A DNA stretch of 64,000 nucleotides from a virus (taxonomy: Duplodnaviria; Caudoviricetes): positions 161 through 64,160 of the IMG/VR virus record IMGVR_UViG_3300045747_000276, one strand, 5' to 3'. The first letter of the stretch is position 1. Every line of letters starts with the position of its first letter. The notes beneath the pieces are model-generated. The model had not been told where the DNA came from. It saw only the letters and a list, made by a program, of their open reading frames with translations, and searched no databases. Shown here piece by piece: positions 31,112-41,111 of this stretch. A program made the position numbers and the translations under genes.

Positions 31112-31781
31112 TGTAATATGAAGTCTTCGGTTTACCTATCGACCTGGTGTGTAATTTAATATTGCCAGCATTGAATAGTTTATTACAATGCTGGCACTCA
31201 TACATGTTCTTTGTGGCAAATGTTTTCCTTGTTTCCGCATCATGCACCTTTCCTTTGTTTATCATAACAACTTCCCCAGAAATATAAATAGGATCTGATT
31301 TGTTTATACGAAATATATTACCCAATTTATCCTTAACTGTTACTGAATTGTGCCCTGGATCTGGTACTCTCCCTGGTAACCTACCCTTTATAAAGGTATC
31401 GGGTATTGGTAATCCCTTTGGTATTCTACGTTCTATAGACCCGTTGTTACAATAGTAGTTGCCGTTTCTTTTATAACTCTCATAGTTAGGATAATGATCA
31501 ATCATGTTAATCCACTTTTCTTCATTCTTGGCGTTCAATCGTTTTAGCACCATGGACTCCCATTTCATTGCTACAGACGCACCCTCGAATATTTTTCGTA
31601 TTTGTATTATATCTGGTTCCCCATAAGTATTACGAAAATCTTTTACATATCTAGAACTAGTGAAGTATACTTTCCATAGGTCTTGATGTGGTGTTGTTTT
31701 GTTTGCTGTTCGGACACCATAGTACCATCTATTGTGTTTGGTCCAACCAATTAGGTAGGTGTAAGGTTGAAATTTTGACAT
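31086..31781 (-). mobile_element. GIY-YIG-like homing endonuclease
   Basis: 'YTYLIGW...YYGVR...YFTSS'; TATAAATA on the minus strand at 31816-31823. Confidence 0.75.
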
Positions 31782-31836
31782 AAAATAAGATTTCCTTTAT
31801 CATCAATGTATGTATTATTTATAAGGAGAACATATC

Positions 31837-33282
31837 GTGTGTGGAATAGGTGGTGTATTAAATTTTGGGTCAAATACGTTTGAGGATTATAATGGTTTTC
31901 TCAATCAGTTGACACAACGCGGTAGGGACTCTTTAGGTATTATGGTATATGACGACCAGGGTCGGGTGTCTACTACTAAGTACCTAGATCAAAAGAGCAT
32001 AGGAAGTTACTTCCCATTGAACGACATCGTTAAGTTGATGATGGTTAATGTTAGAGCGGTGCCCACATCATTCTCAGAGGGTAATGTTAAGATGGAAGAT
32101 GGTTACCTTCAACCTTATGTTATTCGTGGTGAAGCGTCACCCAAGCAACATCGTGCCATAATTCACAATGGCACAATAGCTAATGATGACACTCTAAACA
32201 AGACATTCGATTACCTAATCAATGACGACAATGGTGCAGTGTATTTTGATAGACGGCAAGTTCCTATTGATTCAACTGTATTTTTGAATTATTCCTCTAA
32301 GACCCTATGTGATGCTATTCGTGATCAAGAGATAGTCGGTTCATTTAGTGGGGCTCTGTGGGATGAACCTGAAGCCACAGTAGTGTTGTTTAAAAATTAT
32401 ATGCCATTACATATTATGATTGACTACACTGCCCGGCGTGTGTGGTGGTCTAATGTAAAAGAAGCACTATATGAGGTGGGTGGGAACGAAGTTGCATATT
32501 TTGATGTCCCTGCATATACATCTATTTTTATCCCGTATCACCGGACTTTTGATGAAGTTGTGCATATCATCAAACAAGGTATGCGAAAGGGTGGTAACCT
32601 CTATGGGAAACAAAAAGCGGAAAAGGCATTAGTTGTTTGCTCTTCCGGATTGGATTCAACTACAGTTGCAGCTCTCGCTGTAAAGAAATACGGCAAAGAC
32701 AATGTGACATTGTTGCATTATAACTATGGATGTAAGGCAGAATCACGGGAACAATTCCGAATTGTTCAAATTGCAGAACGATTAGGTTGTTCCTATAAGA
32801 TAGTTGACATTAGCACAGTTTTTGCAGGAATGAAGTCCCCTATTCTAGGTACAAATGGCGACATTAGCAAAGGTGATGCAGGGGTAGAATATGCAAAGGA
32901 ATGGGTACCAGCACGTAATTTGATTATGATGTCTGTAGCGTTGGGTGTTGCAGAAGATGGTGGGTTCTCTACAATCCAATTGGGTGCCAACTTGACAGAA
33001 CAAGCATCATTCCCAGACAACTCATTGGATTTCACAGAGAAGTTGAATGTATTGAGCGCGTATGCCGTGCAGAATAATGTACGAATCCGGGTTGAAGCAC
33101 CTCTTGTGAATCTGATGAAACAAGAGATCGTGAAGATTGGTATTGAAGTGAACACACCTTACGAGTTAACATGGTCTTGCTATCACAATGGAGAAACCCA
33201 CTGTGGTGAGTGTGCTCCATGCCAGATGAGGAAGCAAGCATTTGAAATGAACGGGTTAGTTGACCCGGTGATGAAAGGTTAA
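31837..33282 (+). CDS. queC: Gat-QueC fusion (Ntn glutamine amidotransferase plus preQ0 synthase)
   Basis: 'MCGIGG', 'RGRDS', 'HNGTI'; QueC 'SSGLDS', 'VPARN', 'TWSCY...HCGECAPC..R'. Confidence 0.9.
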   Translation: MCGIGGVLNFGSNTFEDYNGFLNQLTQRGRDSLGIMVYDDQGRVSTTKYLDQKSIGSYFPLNDIVKLMMVNVRAVPTSFSEGNVKMEDGYLQPYVIRGEASPKQHRAIIHNGTIANDDTLNKTFDYLINDDNGAVYFDRRQVPIDSTVFLNYSSKTLCDAIRDQEIVGSFSGALWDEPEATVVLFKNYMPLHIMIDYTARRVWWSNVKEALYEVGGNEVAYFDVPAYTSIFIPYHRTFDEVVHIIKQGMRKGGNLYGKQKAEKALVVCSSGLDSTTVAALAVKKYGKDNVTLLHYNYGCKAESREQFRIVQIAERLGCSYKIVDISTVFAGMKSPILGTNGDISKGDAGVEYAKEWVPARNLIMMSVALGVAEDGGFSTIQLGANLTEQASFPDNSLDFTEKLNVLSAYAVQNNVRIRVEAPLVNLMKQEIVKIGIEVNTPYELTWSCYHNGETHCGECAPCQMRKQAFEMNGLVDPVMKG

Positions 33283-33283
33283 T

Positions 33284-33571
33284 ATGGAAAATCAACATAG
33301 AAAAATTAACGGATACCGTGAGTTGAGCCAGGTCGAAATTGATCTGATGAATGAAGTCAAGCAAAAAGGTGTGGAATTAGAGCATTTGATAAAACGGATT
33401 CATAAACACATTAATGACCAGGCATTGATTGCTTTCAAGGAACCAGATGATGTAGAAGCTCGAAGGATACAGTCTGCGGCACCATCAAAGTGGCTAAGAG
33501 AGGGGACAACCCAATTACAATTGGGCCTCATGGAGTTGACCAGGTCGATTGCACAACCAACATTCTTCTAA
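33284..33571 (+). CDS. Acb2-like cyclic-oligonucleotide sponge (anti-CBASS)
   Basis: 'MENQHRKINGYRELSQ.EIDLMN..K...W......LQLGLM.L.RSIAQP' matches the Acb2 family pattern. Confidence 0.75.
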   Translation: MENQHRKINGYRELSQVEIDLMNEVKQKGVELEHLIKRIHKHINDQALIAFKEPDDVEARRIQSAAPSKWLREGTTQLQLGLMELTRSIAQPTFF

Positions 33572-33604
33572 TTTGCATAAAAACAACACATTCTCAAAAT
33601 AAAT

Positions 33605-33633
33605 TTGACAGTTAAGATTCAAAATGCTATAAT
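33605..33633 (+). promoter_or_regulatory. Sigma70-type promoter
   Basis: TTGACA-17-TATAAT. Confidence 0.8.
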
Positions 33634-33723
33634 AGAATTTGTCAAGTGTTTATTTTGGGTTTAAGAAAGAAGATAGGGTTGTGCGAAGCACCAGCACGAA
33701 GTGCTGTCATTGATAGGTTATTA

Positions 33724-34185
33724 ATGTTTTATGATTCTAATGGTGGAAGACATTCGACAGTAAATGAAGTCGGTGTTTATGGGTTCTTTGGTGATTATAG
33801 ATTTTTGTCTAATTTTGAGATTTGTCAATTCAAGTTAGATGGCCTTTCGTGGTCATCTTCTGAATCAGCATATATGGCATGTAAGGTAGATAATTGGTAT
33901 TTAAAAGAAGAAATATCTAAAATGACACCTAATGAGGCAAAGAAGGTCGGCAGATCAATTAAATTGATACCTGATTGGGATCTTTTAAAAGTATATCACA
34001 TGACCAGAATTCTATTTGCTAAATTTAAACAAAATCAATTTCTAGCAGACAAGCTATCTAGAACAGGTAATCTTTATCTTGAAGAGACCAATGATTGGAA
34101 TGATAAGTTTTGGGGTAGAGATACATTCGGCGATGGCCATAACATGTTGGGTAGTTGTTTAATGATAGTAAGGGATAATATCTGA
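33724..34185 (+). CDS. NADAR family protein
   Basis: 'FLSNF', 'SSESAYMACK', 'KFKQN..L...L..TG...LEE', 'DKFWG', 'GHNMLG..LM.VR'. Confidence 0.88.
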   Translation: MFYDSNGGRHSTVNEVGVYGFFGDYRFLSNFEICQFKLDGLSWSSSESAYMACKVDNWYLKEEISKMTPNEAKKVGRSIKLIPDWDLLKVYHMTRILFAKFKQNQFLADKLSRTGNLYLEETNDWNDKFWGRDTFGDGHNMLGSCLMIVRDNI

Positions 34186-35048
34186 TGCATATTTGTATTA
34201 TTGGAATAGCTGGAGTAGGTAAAGCACATGCGCTTGCAGCTGCAAAGTTTCTTGATGGGCAGAAATCTGGAACAGGTATAATCACGCTGGTTGATTATCA
34301 AGATAAGCTCAATAATAATTTGGGCCCATTGCAAGAAGTGTGGACGAATTCTTGGGGCCCTATTAGTGATTCATATTGTATATGTGACACAAGAGAAGAT
34401 CAATTTATCACAGTAAATAGGGTTGCTCTTGAAAATATGACGGATATTAATTCTATTGGTGCAGACCTCTATATTATATCTACTCCAAATGAATATCACG
34501 AGATTTACCTACATTCTATTAAATCTGGTAAAATCTTATGTGAAAAACCATTAGTTGCACACAATCAGATTCCTGAATGGGGTGTGCTCGATACAGTGCA
34601 CCTTGGGATTGAGTGGTTATTCCACCCAGATGTTGAAAAAGTGAGGAGAGTAAAATCTATTTCCTTTGTACATGGTTTCCCACCAGACGCTGCATTTTGG
34701 GACACTACCCATGAAGTGTTTGATTTGGGTAGTCATGTTATCTCTATCTATCAGTATTTGTCTGGCATAGATATGGTGTATTTTAAGTCTATATCTAGGT
34801 CTGGTAGGGTCGTCACATGCATAACTGATGATGGAACCGAATTACAATTTGGTTACAAAAAGGGAGTTACCACAGACTCTATTATTATAAATGGTGATCT
34901 TGTGTTAGAGTGGATTCCATTTGAATCTGGCGATCTATTCTACAAACAAATAGAATATATTATGTCGAATAAACCTTCACTATTGAATACATCCCAAATC
35001 TATATTGGGCACAGTACATTGCAACACATCAGAAAGGCTATAGTATGA
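34185..35048 (+). CDS. Gfo/Idh/MocA-like NAD(P) oxidoreductase
   Basis: Rossmann motif 'IIGIAGVGKAH', 'STPN..H', 'CEKP', 'DLGSH'. Confidence 0.75.
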   Translation: MHICIIGIAGVGKAHALAAAKFLDGQKSGTGIITLVDYQDKLNNNLGPLQEVWTNSWGPISDSYCICDTREDQFITVNRVALENMTDINSIGADLYIISTPNEYHEIYLHSIKSGKILCEKPLVAHNQIPEWGVLDTVHLGIEWLFHPDVEKVRRVKSISFVHGFPPDAAFWDTTHEVFDLGSHVISIYQYLSGIDMVYFKSISRSGRVVTCITDDGTELQFGYKKGVTTDSIIINGDLVLEWIPFESGDLFYKQIEYIMSNKPSLLNTSQIYIGHSTLQHIRKAIV

Positions 35049-36031
35049 CAATATGGATAGTTGGAAGTCTCAATTATCACAATGAGACAATTGTAGGGCC
35101 TATCATTGATAAGTTTAAGGAAAAGCATCTACAGTATAATTGGTTTAAGCCAGATAATGGGGACGGTGCTAACGTACACATCTCAGAATTCACAAATCAA
35201 ACTATAAAGTATTGGATGAATTTTAATGCTCTGGGACATAGATTGCAGAAAAATGATATTGTATTAGTTCTAGATTTTTGGAATCCCACAATTTTTGATC
35301 TCAAGTTTTATTCTACTCGTAATAATCTCAATATCAAATTCTTTACCATACATCATGGATCTAGTCATCTTCCAGGAGATTTTGCATCACAACCTGGGTA
35401 TGAGTGGGCATATAAATTTGAACAGGCATGGACAGGTTGTTATGAAAAGATATTCTTTGGTTCATATAATGCATTAGATCAGTTCGACGAATTGGAACCC
35501 GGGCAAGGAGTAGTGAGTTATCTCCCAATCAAATACATTGAGGACATAAAGAAAGATTTGGATTTGTCTACTGTAGTCAGAGATCCTAAATCAGTAGTTA
35601 TGCCATTAAGGTTAGACGACGATAAGGGGGTTTATGATTTTTATAAGATTGTCAAGAACAATCCAGGTTATAATTTCCACGCGTCATTATTCCACGCTGC
35701 AGCAACAAAACTAGATGCACCAAACATCGTATACCATGACGCAATGGACAGACCTACCATGTTTGCATTGATGGCATCATGCGAGTATGTAGTGAGTTGT
35801 GCCAAGCAAGAGACGTTTGGGTACGCTGTTCTTGAAGCAGTGTCGATGGGGTGTAAGCCAATTTTACAAAACTCCACAGATAATTGTTACAGTGAGATGT
35901 ATGAAGATTCAAGTTTATTCATCTACCCAGAATTGGTGAAGATTGAAGACTATGAAAATAGTGCAGGCCTGATACCTAGTGTATTGAAAACACCTGCAGA
36001 AGAGATTATTGTTCGGGGGATGCTATTTTGA
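35045..36031 (+). CDS. GT-B (GT4-like) glycosyltransferase
   Basis: 'RLDDDKG', 'QETFGYAVLEAVSMGC'. Confidence 0.82.
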   Translation: MTIWIVGSLNYHNETIVGPIIDKFKEKHLQYNWFKPDNGDGANVHISEFTNQTIKYWMNFNALGHRLQKNDIVLVLDFWNPTIFDLKFYSTRNNLNIKFFTIHHGSSHLPGDFASQPGYEWAYKFEQAWTGCYEKIFFGSYNALDQFDELEPGQGVVSYLPIKYIEDIKKDLDLSTVVRDPKSVVMPLRLDDDKGVYDFYKIVKNNPGYNFHASLFHAAATKLDAPNIVYHDAMDRPTMFALMASCEYVVSCAKQETFGYAVLEAVSMGCKPILQNSTDNCYSEMYEDSSLFIYPELVKIEDYENSAGLIPSVLKTPAEEIIVRGMLF

Positions 36032-36318
36032 AACCAGAAGAAATAGAGACATTGATAATTCTTGCTGAAGAATGTTCTGAGGTGGCGCAGGCATGCACCA
36101 AAGTTCTTCGTTTCGGTTTTGATGATTATGATAGTAGAGACCCTGATCGTGTTCCAAATTATAAGAAGTTGGAGACAGAGATCGGTGATGTTATTGCTAT
36201 GGTAAAATTCGCTATAGACATGAATGTTGGTATAACACAAGATGGCATAGAAAAGGCATTTAATGCCAAATTGGAAAAATTGAAAAAATACTCGAGCTAT
36301 TTGTATGACAAGAGTTAA
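36028..36318 (+). CDS. MazG-like nucleotide pyrophosphohydrolase
   Basis: 'EECSEV.QA..K..RFG...EIGD'. Confidence 0.75.
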   Translation: MKPEEIETLIILAEECSEVAQACTKVLRFGFDDYDSRDPDRVPNYKKLETEIGDVIAMVKFAIDMNVGITQDGIEKAFNAKLEKLKKYSSYLYDKS

Positions 36319-36733
36319 TTTGGTTGATGTTAGTGTTTTGTCTGATCAGCATCTAATTGCTGAACGGTTAGAATTAACATGGGTATTCAAGAGTGCTATT
36401 AAATCATTACATAGTAAAAATGGGTTGAGCACATATCCTGAATTTGTATTGGGTACTGGCCATGTTTCGTTCTTTCACGATAAGCTCCAATATATAAAGA
36501 ACAGGTTTTATGAAATAACAGACGAGATGATAAATCGAGGTATGTCACCGAAGATGCCGTATCCTGATGATTCAGAAGTTCCTAAATATATGATGAATGA
36601 TTACATACCTACAGACAAGGCGCTTAAGGTCATAAAGTTGAGAATCTATGAGCGTCTGAATATGAAAATACCATGGTATAAGTATAGGGGCAAGGGAATC
36701 ACACAAACGTGGGTAGATGAGGTGTATAAATGA
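36305..36733 (+). CDS. denV: Pyrimidine-dimer DNA glycosylase (endonuclease V)
   Basis: 'MTRVNLV....LSDQHLIAE', 'LGTGHV.FF.DKL', 'EM..RG'. Confidence 0.92.
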   Translation: MTRVNLVDVSVLSDQHLIAERLELTWVFKSAIKSLHSKNGLSTYPEFVLGTGHVSFFHDKLQYIKNRFYEITDEMINRGMSPKMPYPDDSEVPKYMMNDYIPTDKALKVIKLRIYERLNMKIPWYKYRGKGITQTWVDEVYK

Positions 36734-37305
36734 TGAAGGATTTATTGGATATAATTGATAGTAAGAGTACTGTCTCTGATACAAGAGCAACGCAGTACAG
36801 TAAAGACATGTATGAATATGGAGCGATCCATTGTCACTCTTGCGGCAGAGATATGCCAGCAAATGGGTCAAGTCATGAAGTTATAGAGGTAGCGACAGGA
36901 CGATCAAGTGGATCTACCACATATTCAGGTTCTGTTGGTATGTCCATATTCAATACATCAGGTAAAAAGAGGACTTACGGTAGAGTCGGAAAAACATACA
37001 ACACGGGTAGGACATATTATAAAAATGTGTCAGTTGATATTTGTGCATGGTGTAAGGAAAAAGAGAATGTGGGATCTGAATTTTGGATGTTAATTGGGTC
37101 ACTGGTATTTCTTTTGGGGTCTGGATGGCTATGGTGGGATGCATTGCAACTTGCTGAATTTTTGATGGGTCCTGTCGCTAAGAAATTCTTTCCGTGGTCG
37201 CCATTAATTATGATTTCTGGTATAGCATTAATGAAGTTTGGCGATTATGCTGATTCATTGACAATCAAGGGTATTAACGAAAAATGGAAAAATTATTATG
37301 CATAA
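36730..37305 (+). CDS. Membrane protein with Zn ribbon
   Basis: CHSC/CAWC motifs and two hydrophobic segments. Confidence 0.6.
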   Translation: MMKDLLDIIDSKSTVSDTRATQYSKDMYEYGAIHCHSCGRDMPANGSSHEVIEVATGRSSGSTTYSGSVGMSIFNTSGKKRTYGRVGKTYNTGRTYYKNVSVDICAWCKEKENVGSEFWMLIGSLVFLLGSGWLWWDALQLAEFLMGPVAKKFFPWSPLIMISGIALMKFGDYADSLTIKGINEKWKNYYA

Positions 37306-38623
37306 GTTTTTAAGGAAATTTTCACTGCCGCATAGAGAATTTTCTCTTAGTAAACATGCATCTATCACTGATGCGGCAGCGGCAGCAACATATAACGCAG
37401 TCAAGAACTCGTCCCAACAATTTAGGGACGAAATTTCAGACATCTATTTTGGTCATTCATACAGGTACTATTACAATGGTAACTTGACTAGATTCGGTGA
37501 GGTTATGGGTGTTGAAGCCTCAGACTCCCAAATCTTACATCTGTTCAAAATTCAGGACGAATTCAATATTCCAATCTCACTTACTCTAAACACATTAGAG
37601 ACTCATATGGAGATTATGCATGATAAGACTATTCGAGAAGGTCTTATTTCATACATCAAGAATTTTTATGATCATGGTCTTAGAATTTGTACTATAAGTA
37701 GTAGACACCTTATGACGTCTGGGATTCTGCAAGAACATTTTCCAGATATGGAGTGGAAAAACACTGTTAATCATATGGTTAGAACAGCGCAGGAAGTCGC
37801 AGATTATGCTGCTCTAGGGTACACTACAATTCAACTTGATAGATCTCTGAATAGAAATTTTGATGAGATTAAAAAATGCAAAATCGTAGCTGATAGGAAA
37901 GGTGTGAAGACATCATTACTTGTCAGTGAGGGTTGTTTACCGTCTTGCCCATTCAAAGATGAGCATGATATGGTGCAATACCAAGCACAAAACACTGTTA
38001 ATTATTGGTTAATGTATGGGGACTTGTCCTGCAATAGGTGGAGATTGTCCGGTGAACCAATGCCCAGGACAGGCACTGACCTAAATGCAGTTACTGCAGA
38101 ACAATTAGATTTGCTGTTAGAGAATGTTGATATTTTGAAATTCTCGGGACGATTGGGTGCGCCTGTTCAAAATGATTCGATGTTAGATTGTTATCATTGG
38201 CGAATCAAACCTTCGGCAATGGCAGGAGGAAAACCAGAAGAGATCCCAGTAAAGATGGATTCATTTCAGTCAATCTATGATAAGGGGTTTGAACCTTATA
38301 ATTTGTGGATTGCTAGTGCAACAATAGAGAAAAATTTTGCTGATAAAATAAATGCAGTTGACACAGCATCATTCAAAAACAATATTAAGAATTCAATGTT
38401 TTACCGATGGAACACACCTAAGGGTCGTGCATTGTCAAAGGTGTTAACAAATTGTCAAAATCAATGCTATGATTGCCATGCGTGTGAAAAGGTGTTCGGT
38501 CAACCTAATATGGACACGCTTTTGGAATTGAAAAAACCAAATACAAATAAGTATTATGAGGAAGTCGAAAAAAATGGACAAGAATTAGAGAAGCGTGTTA
38601 TTATGTTAAAGAATTCAATTTAA
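37298..38623 (+). CDS. U32-peptidase-like Fe-S protein
   Basis: 'LDRSLNR', 'EGCLPSCPF..EH', 'DILKFSGR', 'NCQNQCYDCHAC'. Confidence 0.65.
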   Translation: MHKFLRKFSLPHREFSLSKHASITDAAAAATYNAVKNSSQQFRDEISDIYFGHSYRYYYNGNLTRFGEVMGVEASDSQILHLFKIQDEFNIPISLTLNTLETHMEIMHDKTIREGLISYIKNFYDHGLRICTISSRHLMTSGILQEHFPDMEWKNTVNHMVRTAQEVADYAALGYTTIQLDRSLNRNFDEIKKCKIVADRKGVKTSLLVSEGCLPSCPFKDEHDMVQYQAQNTVNYWLMYGDLSCNRWRLSGEPMPRTGTDLNAVTAEQLDLLLENVDILKFSGRLGAPVQNDSMLDCYHWRIKPSAMAGGKPEEIPVKMDSFQSIYDKGFEPYNLWIASATIEKNFADKINAVDTASFKNNIKNSMFYRWNTPKGRALSKVLTNCQNQCYDCHACEKVFGQPNMDTLLELKKPNTNKYYEEVEKNGQELEKRVIMLKNSI

Positions 38624-38635
38624 GGAGAACGGTTA

Positions 38636-39499
38636 ATGCAAAGCACGATGTTTTTATCAAACCTTACAGTGGTTGATCACGCGTACGTAAATCAATATGG
38701 TGATATTGTTGGTGGGTCTTTCAACCCATCATTTGTGGTAGAAGGTGAAGTAGATGAGAAAGAGCAGGTTGTTATCGACTTTTCTACATGCAAGAAGGAT
38801 ATTAAATCTATCATTGATAGTAAGGAAATCGGTCTAGACCACAAATTGTGGATTGGCAATTTTTCAAATTGTTCTGTAGAAGCCACAGCAAATAATGCAT
38901 CTTATATCATCACAACTCCACAGTGGGTGATTGAAGCACCAGAGAATGCTGTTAGGTTCGTTGATGAGACATATTATGATGTTGATTCTATTGGTATGGC
39001 TATGCAGTCATTTGTTACAAGAGAGTTGCAGAAAAAATATCCTACTGTTAATGTTAAAGTTTACAATAATGTAGATGCTCACGGTCTCCCATTTCTAAAA
39101 GATAAATCATACTTCAGATATAGTCACGGTCTAAAGAATAGTACATCTTGGGGCTGTCAGAACATTGCTCACGGTCATTTGAGTTACATATCAATTGTAG
39201 GTGAAGATGAAATTGGAGCAAAGGCTCTGTCGCAGAAGATCGCTGCAGAGTTAGATGGTATTATGTTTGTGTGGACAGAAAATGAAACACAAACAGGATT
39301 GGGGTACACAACTGAACGTGGAGAATTTAAATTAACAGTAAGAGGTAACCCTAAAATTCAATATTGTACCACTGAAACGACAATTGAGAATTTGGTTGAG
39401 ATGATTAGTGTTATGTATGCGAAAGATCTAAAATCGATCTACGCTGAGCAAATTTATGTGTCAGAAGGTTTAAGCAAAGGAGCGGTATTTTATGTCTAA
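38636..39499 (+). CDS. queD: QueD-like (6-carboxytetrahydropterin synthase) tandem T-fold protein
   Basis: 'IDFS..KK.I....DHK', 'YSHGL...GCQNIAHGH', 'TTIENL'. Confidence 0.7.
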   Translation: MQSTMFLSNLTVVDHAYVNQYGDIVGGSFNPSFVVEGEVDEKEQVVIDFSTCKKDIKSIIDSKEIGLDHKLWIGNFSNCSVEATANNASYIITTPQWVIEAPENAVRFVDETYYDVDSIGMAMQSFVTRELQKKYPTVNVKVYNNVDAHGLPFLKDKSYFRYSHGLKNSTSWGCQNIAHGHLSYISIVGEDEIGAKALSQKIAAELDGIMFVWTENETQTGLGYTTERGEFKLTVRGNPKIQYCTTETTIENLVEMISVMYAKDLKSIYAEQIYVSEGLSKGAVFYV

Positions 39500-39785
39500 T
39501 ATTTGGGTTTTGAAATTGATTACAGGTGAGGAGATTGTTACTCGTGGGGCATTCCACAAAGAGACCGACAATTGGATTTGTGAGCGTCCATATATCTTCC
39601 AGGTTGTCCCAGATTATCAGGGAGGTAATCATCGTGCTGCCCTCGGACCGTATTTTATGACGGATCGTAACGCAGATTGTGATTTTAAGGATTCTCATGT
39701 TGTTTCATTTATTGAGGCACCACAAGAGATGAAAACTCAGTACATCAGACAGACTACTGGGATTGAAATTGCTGGTGTTGTTTAA
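39492..39785 (+). CDS. Sm-like small protein
   Basis: 'VLKLITGEEIV...Y...TTGI' pattern of T4-like Sm-fold proteins. Confidence 0.6.
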   Translation: MSNIWVLKLITGEEIVTRGAFHKETDNWICERPYIFQVVPDYQGGNHRAALGPYFMTDRNADCDFKDSHVVSFIEAPQEMKTQYIRQTTGIEIAGVV

Positions 39786-39886
39786 AAACAACAAGTGAAT
39801 AATAATTGTTGTAAATAAATCAAATAACACTTATTATTGATACATTGCAATTGAGCAATAGATATATAATTTTCATAAGGATACAT

Positions 39887-40435
39887 ATGAGTAAGATTAC
39901 AAAATTGGCAGCTATTGTTGCTGTAATGGTGAGCAGCGTGGCAATGGCAGGTGAATTTGCCACAGTTGAATTTCAGGGAGCCAAGACATACGGTAATGCA
40001 GTTCAGTCTGATACTGGTTCATTAGTAGTGGGGACACAGCGAGGCCCAGTTACTCTTGATGTCAAGTTGCAAACAGAACGTCAACGTGATGCTGGCACTA
40101 ATGCTAATGATGTTCAATTCCGAGTAACTGCACCTGTAGGTCCTGTTTGGGTTCGTGTGGGCCTAGGTAAGCAAGTCGATGGCGGTCTTGGTGATAACAC
40201 ATATTACACATACGCTGCAGGTGTTGATTATTCAATTTATAAGAATATCGTTTTAAACGCATCGGCAGAACGCCAAAAGGCATTCGATGGGGCGAAACCA
40301 ACATTTGAAACATACCGATTCGGTGCAACTTATGCATTGACTGCAGTTGATTATGTAGGTGCAGCTTGGGTCATCAATCGTGGTGATGTAGATGCTCATG
40401 CAGTCGGCGTAAATTACACGCGAAAGTTTAATTAA
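39887..40435 (+). CDS. Secreted outer-membrane beta-barrel-like protein
   Basis: Signal peptide ending AMA; alternating beta-strands; C-terminal 'NYTRKFN'. Confidence 0.65.
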   Translation: MSKITKLAAIVAVMVSSVAMAGEFATVEFQGAKTYGNAVQSDTGSLVVGTQRGPVTLDVKLQTERQRDAGTNANDVQFRVTAPVGPVWVRVGLGKQVDGGLGDNTYYTYAAGVDYSIYKNIVLNASAERQKAFDGAKPTFETYRFGATYALTAVDYVGAAWVINRGDVDAHAVGVNYTRKFN

Positions 40436-40476
40436 AATTGTGGCATCCATCGCGGTGCCATTCTTAGTTCATTATT

Positions 40477-40664
40477 AGGAAAAGTTCAGCAAACATACAC
40501 TTTACGTAAATACTAATACTAATGTATGGAGATTCTCGAAGGAGATGACAGATCGGAAAGACGGTATGCCGATAGGAAAGACTATTGCTAATTGATAAAA
40601 GTAGTCAATGACTCTGTGACAAAGACACAGTAATAGTGGTAATCCACAATACTTTTCCTGTTAA
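40477..40664 (+). ncRNA. TCAGCAA-box structured RNA, copy 1
   Basis: aggaaaagt-TCAGCAA...acttttcct-GTTAA; several internal hairpins. Confidence 0.7.
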
Positions 40665-40669
40665 AATTT

Positions 40670-40906
40670 TGGATAATTTCAGCAATTATTAAACGACAAA
40701 TGCTGTTGACGGTGCCTTGTTTGGGGTGATGTGTAGTTATGTTAGAAATAACACACCAATGGAACAGATATGCGATGTAACAGAAAACACATCGGGTGAA
40801 GAGACCTTACATCTTATAGCTCATAAGCGAAAGTTATGATATTGCGTGGAGGGTTTCAGGTAACACGCGTGAATAAATTGAAACAAGACCTCAGATATCC
40901 AGTTAA
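40670..40906 (+). ncRNA. TCAGCAA-box structured RNA, copy 2
   Basis: tggata..TCAGCAA...tatcca-GTTAA; multi-stem interior. Confidence 0.65.
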
Positions 40907-40915
40907 TCGAATAGT

Positions 40916-41045
40916 AGGATAGATTCAGCAACTAATTAAAAGTACTAAGACGGCATATCGAAGCGGACTGATAATCTCCGTGGATATATGCCAAACAAGT
41001 TTTTGACAGTCACTTGTAAAATAAACTACCAAAGCTATCCTGATA
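40916..41045 (+). ncRNA. TCAGCAA-box structured RNA, copy 3
   Basis: aggatag.t-TCAGCAA...ctatcct-GATA. Confidence 0.65.
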
Positions 41046-41111
41046 CTATTTAAATACAACAGACTTTAATTTACGCTCTTAGTCTGTGAGCGGTAATAAG
41101 TAGGAGACGAC

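Noticed and set aside
40477-41045. CRISPR array (repeated TTCAGCAA with variable spacers)
   Set aside because: The shared sequence is only about 8 nt, spacing is irregular and long, the flanks covary as stems, and no cas genes are present.
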